The position numbers were made by a program, and so were the translations under genes. From Dehalococcoidia bacterium (GTDB lineage Bacteria > Chloroflexota > Dehalococcoidia > SM23-28-2 > RBG-16-64-32), in the NCBI GenBank assembly GCA_963665775.2, contig CAXXTF010000001.1, positions 480,001 through 544,000 of the forward strand: 64,000 bases of DNA, written 5' to 3'. The notes beneath the pieces were generated by a model. That model was not told the DNA's origin, made no database searches, and saw nothing but the letters and a program-made list of their open reading frames with translations. This document shows positions 62,656 to 64,000 of this stretch, one piece after another. Numbering within the stretch: position 1 is the first letter of the stretch; each line of letters starts with the position of its first letter.

Positions 62656-63837
62656 ATGCCGGATCGCGCAAAGCTTAAGCAGAGGATCATCGCGGAAGTC
62701 GATCGCCGCCGCCAGGAGCTCATCGACCTCTCGCTCCGGCTGCACGCTAACCCGGAGATAGCCTTTCGGGAGGAGAAGGCCGCTGCCTGGCTCAGCGACT
62801 ACCTGGAGGCGGACGGCTTCACTGTGGAGCGGGGAATCTGCCAGATCGGTACCGCCTTTCGCGCCGTCTGCGGCTCCGGCGGCCCCCGCGTCGCTTTCCT
62901 GGCCGAGTACGATGCTCTCCCCGGCATGGGGCATGCCTGCGGCCACAACATCATCGGCACCGCGTCGACGGCCGCTGGGCTGGCCCTCAACTCCGTCGTC
63001 GGCGAGACCGGCGGCACGGTGCTGGTCATCGGCACCCCCGCCGAGGAGGCCGCCGGTGGGAAGGTGTACATGGCTGCCCGCGGCGCCTTCGCCGACCTTG
63101 ACTGCGCGATGCTGGCCCATCCCGGTAACCGCGACGTGGCTGTGAGCAGCGCCCTGGCCTGCCTAGAGCTGGAGATCGAGTTCCACGGCAAGGCCTCCCA
63201 CGCCGCTGCCCGCCCGGAGGCCGGCGTCAACGCCCTGGACGCCATGATCGCCGCCTTCGCCAACATCGGCTTGCTGCGGCAGCAGCTCCGCGACTCGGCC
63301 CGCGTCCACGGCATCATCACCGATGGCGGCCAGGCGGTGAACGTCATCCCCCACCACACGGCGGCCAGCCTCCTCATCCGGGCCGAGGACGACCAGTATC
63401 TGGACGAGGAGCTGAAATCCAAGGTATTGGCCTGCTTCCAGGGGGCTGCCGAGGCGACAGGCTGTCGGCTGGAGTACCGCTGGGGCGAGGAGTCTCGCTA
63501 TAAGGCGATGCGCACCAACCACGCCCTGGCCCAGGCCTACCGGTCGAACCTCGAGGCCCTGGGCCGTCCGGTCCTGGAGCCGGGCGAGCGCCGTGTCATG
63601 GGTTCGACGGACATGGGCAACGTCAGCGCCATCGTCCCCGCCATCCATCCGACGATCGCCGTGGCCCCGGCCGATATCCCCATCCACACCGAGGGGTTCC
63701 GCGAGATGGCGGCCAGCGAGGCCGGCCATGAAGGGCTCCTGGACTCGGCCAAGGCGCTGGCCATGACCGCCGTGGACGTGCTGACGGACTCCGGCCTCCG
63801 CCGCCGCATGCGGAAGGAGTTCGAGGGTGGCGAATGA
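62656..63837 (+). CDS. M20 family amidohydrolase (AbgB/ACY1L2-like)
   Basis: HANPE, AEYDALP, HACGHN, PAEE and GSTDMGNVS motifs. Confidence 0.9.
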   Translation: MPDRAKLKQRIIAEVDRRRQELIDLSLRLHANPEIAFREEKAAAWLSDYLEADGFTVERGICQIGTAFRAVCGSGGPRVAFLAEYDALPGMGHACGHNIIGTASTAAGLALNSVVGETGGTVLVIGTPAEEAAGGKVYMAARGAFADLDCAMLAHPGNRDVAVSSALACLELEIEFHGKASHAAARPEAGVNALDAMIAAFANIGLLRQQLRDSARVHGIITDGGQAVNVIPHHTAASLLIRAEDDQYLDEELKSKVLACFQGAAEATGCRLEYRWGEESRYKAMRTNHALAQAYRSNLEALGRPVLEPGERRVMGSTDMGNVSAIVPAIHPTIAVAPADIPIHTEGFREMAASEAGHEGLLDSAKALAMTAVDVLTDSGLRRRMRKEFEGGE

Positions 63838-64000
63838 GCGCGGTGCAGGTTCAAGCCGATGAGCGATTGGATGGGGGCATGACTGCCGATAACCCACTCA
63901 TAGCCCTGGACGCCATGGGCGGCGACCACGCCCCCACAGAGATCGTGAAGGGCGCCGTAATGGCTGCCCGCGACCTGGGGGTGCGCGTGGCCCTGGTGGG
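63834..64000 (+). CDS. plsX: phosphate acyltransferase PlsX, 3' truncated by window edge (start 63834 or 63879)
   Basis: Hand translation gives [19 protein letters not shown]. Confidence 0.88.
   Translation, partial: MSAVQVQADERLDGGMTADNPLIALDAMGGDHAPTEIVKGAVMAARDLGVRVALV

Overview
High-GC bacterial chromosomal window, most consistent with Chloroflexota/Dehalococcoidia. This is an inference from gene order: rpsL-rpsG-fusA runs directly into rpsJ with no tuf, rpoBC is detached from rplKAJL, and RpoB/RpoC carry large inserts. From left to right it holds dapA (partial), pepA, and a minus-strand yacL-ispD-ispF-cysE-cysS-coaX-coaBC-methyltransferase run. Next come a ferredoxin reductase, rpoB-rpoC, and a ~10 kb accessory catabolic block: a xanthine-dehydrogenase-family molybdoenzyme divergent from four family-III CoA-transferases plus a TorD-type chaperone. 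These are followed by tRNA-Asp, the str/S10/spc/alpha ribosomal superoperon through rplM-rpsI, and a SAM-I riboswitch-led mtnA-mtnP-GNAT-ahcY-metK-(sugar-nucleotide) operon. The window ends with an IS1380 element (19-bp IRs, 5-bp TSD), an M20 amidohydrolase and the start of plsX. The most notable observations are: (1) a 24-bp mini-element inserted in frame (PSTGSGQA) in rpoC, a GNAT gene and, in doubled form, ispD; (2) two tandem CoA-transferase pairs, each with one subunit keeping and one lacking the catalytic Asp, preceded by a ~200-nt nested structured RNA leader; (3) a structured cysE leader with no T-box motif; (4) apparent ATT and ACG start codons; (5) tandem-repeat acidic tails on S3 and S17; (6) an IS that splits a host promoter and carries a nonsense mutation. 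All structures and alignments were read by eye and no searches were run.
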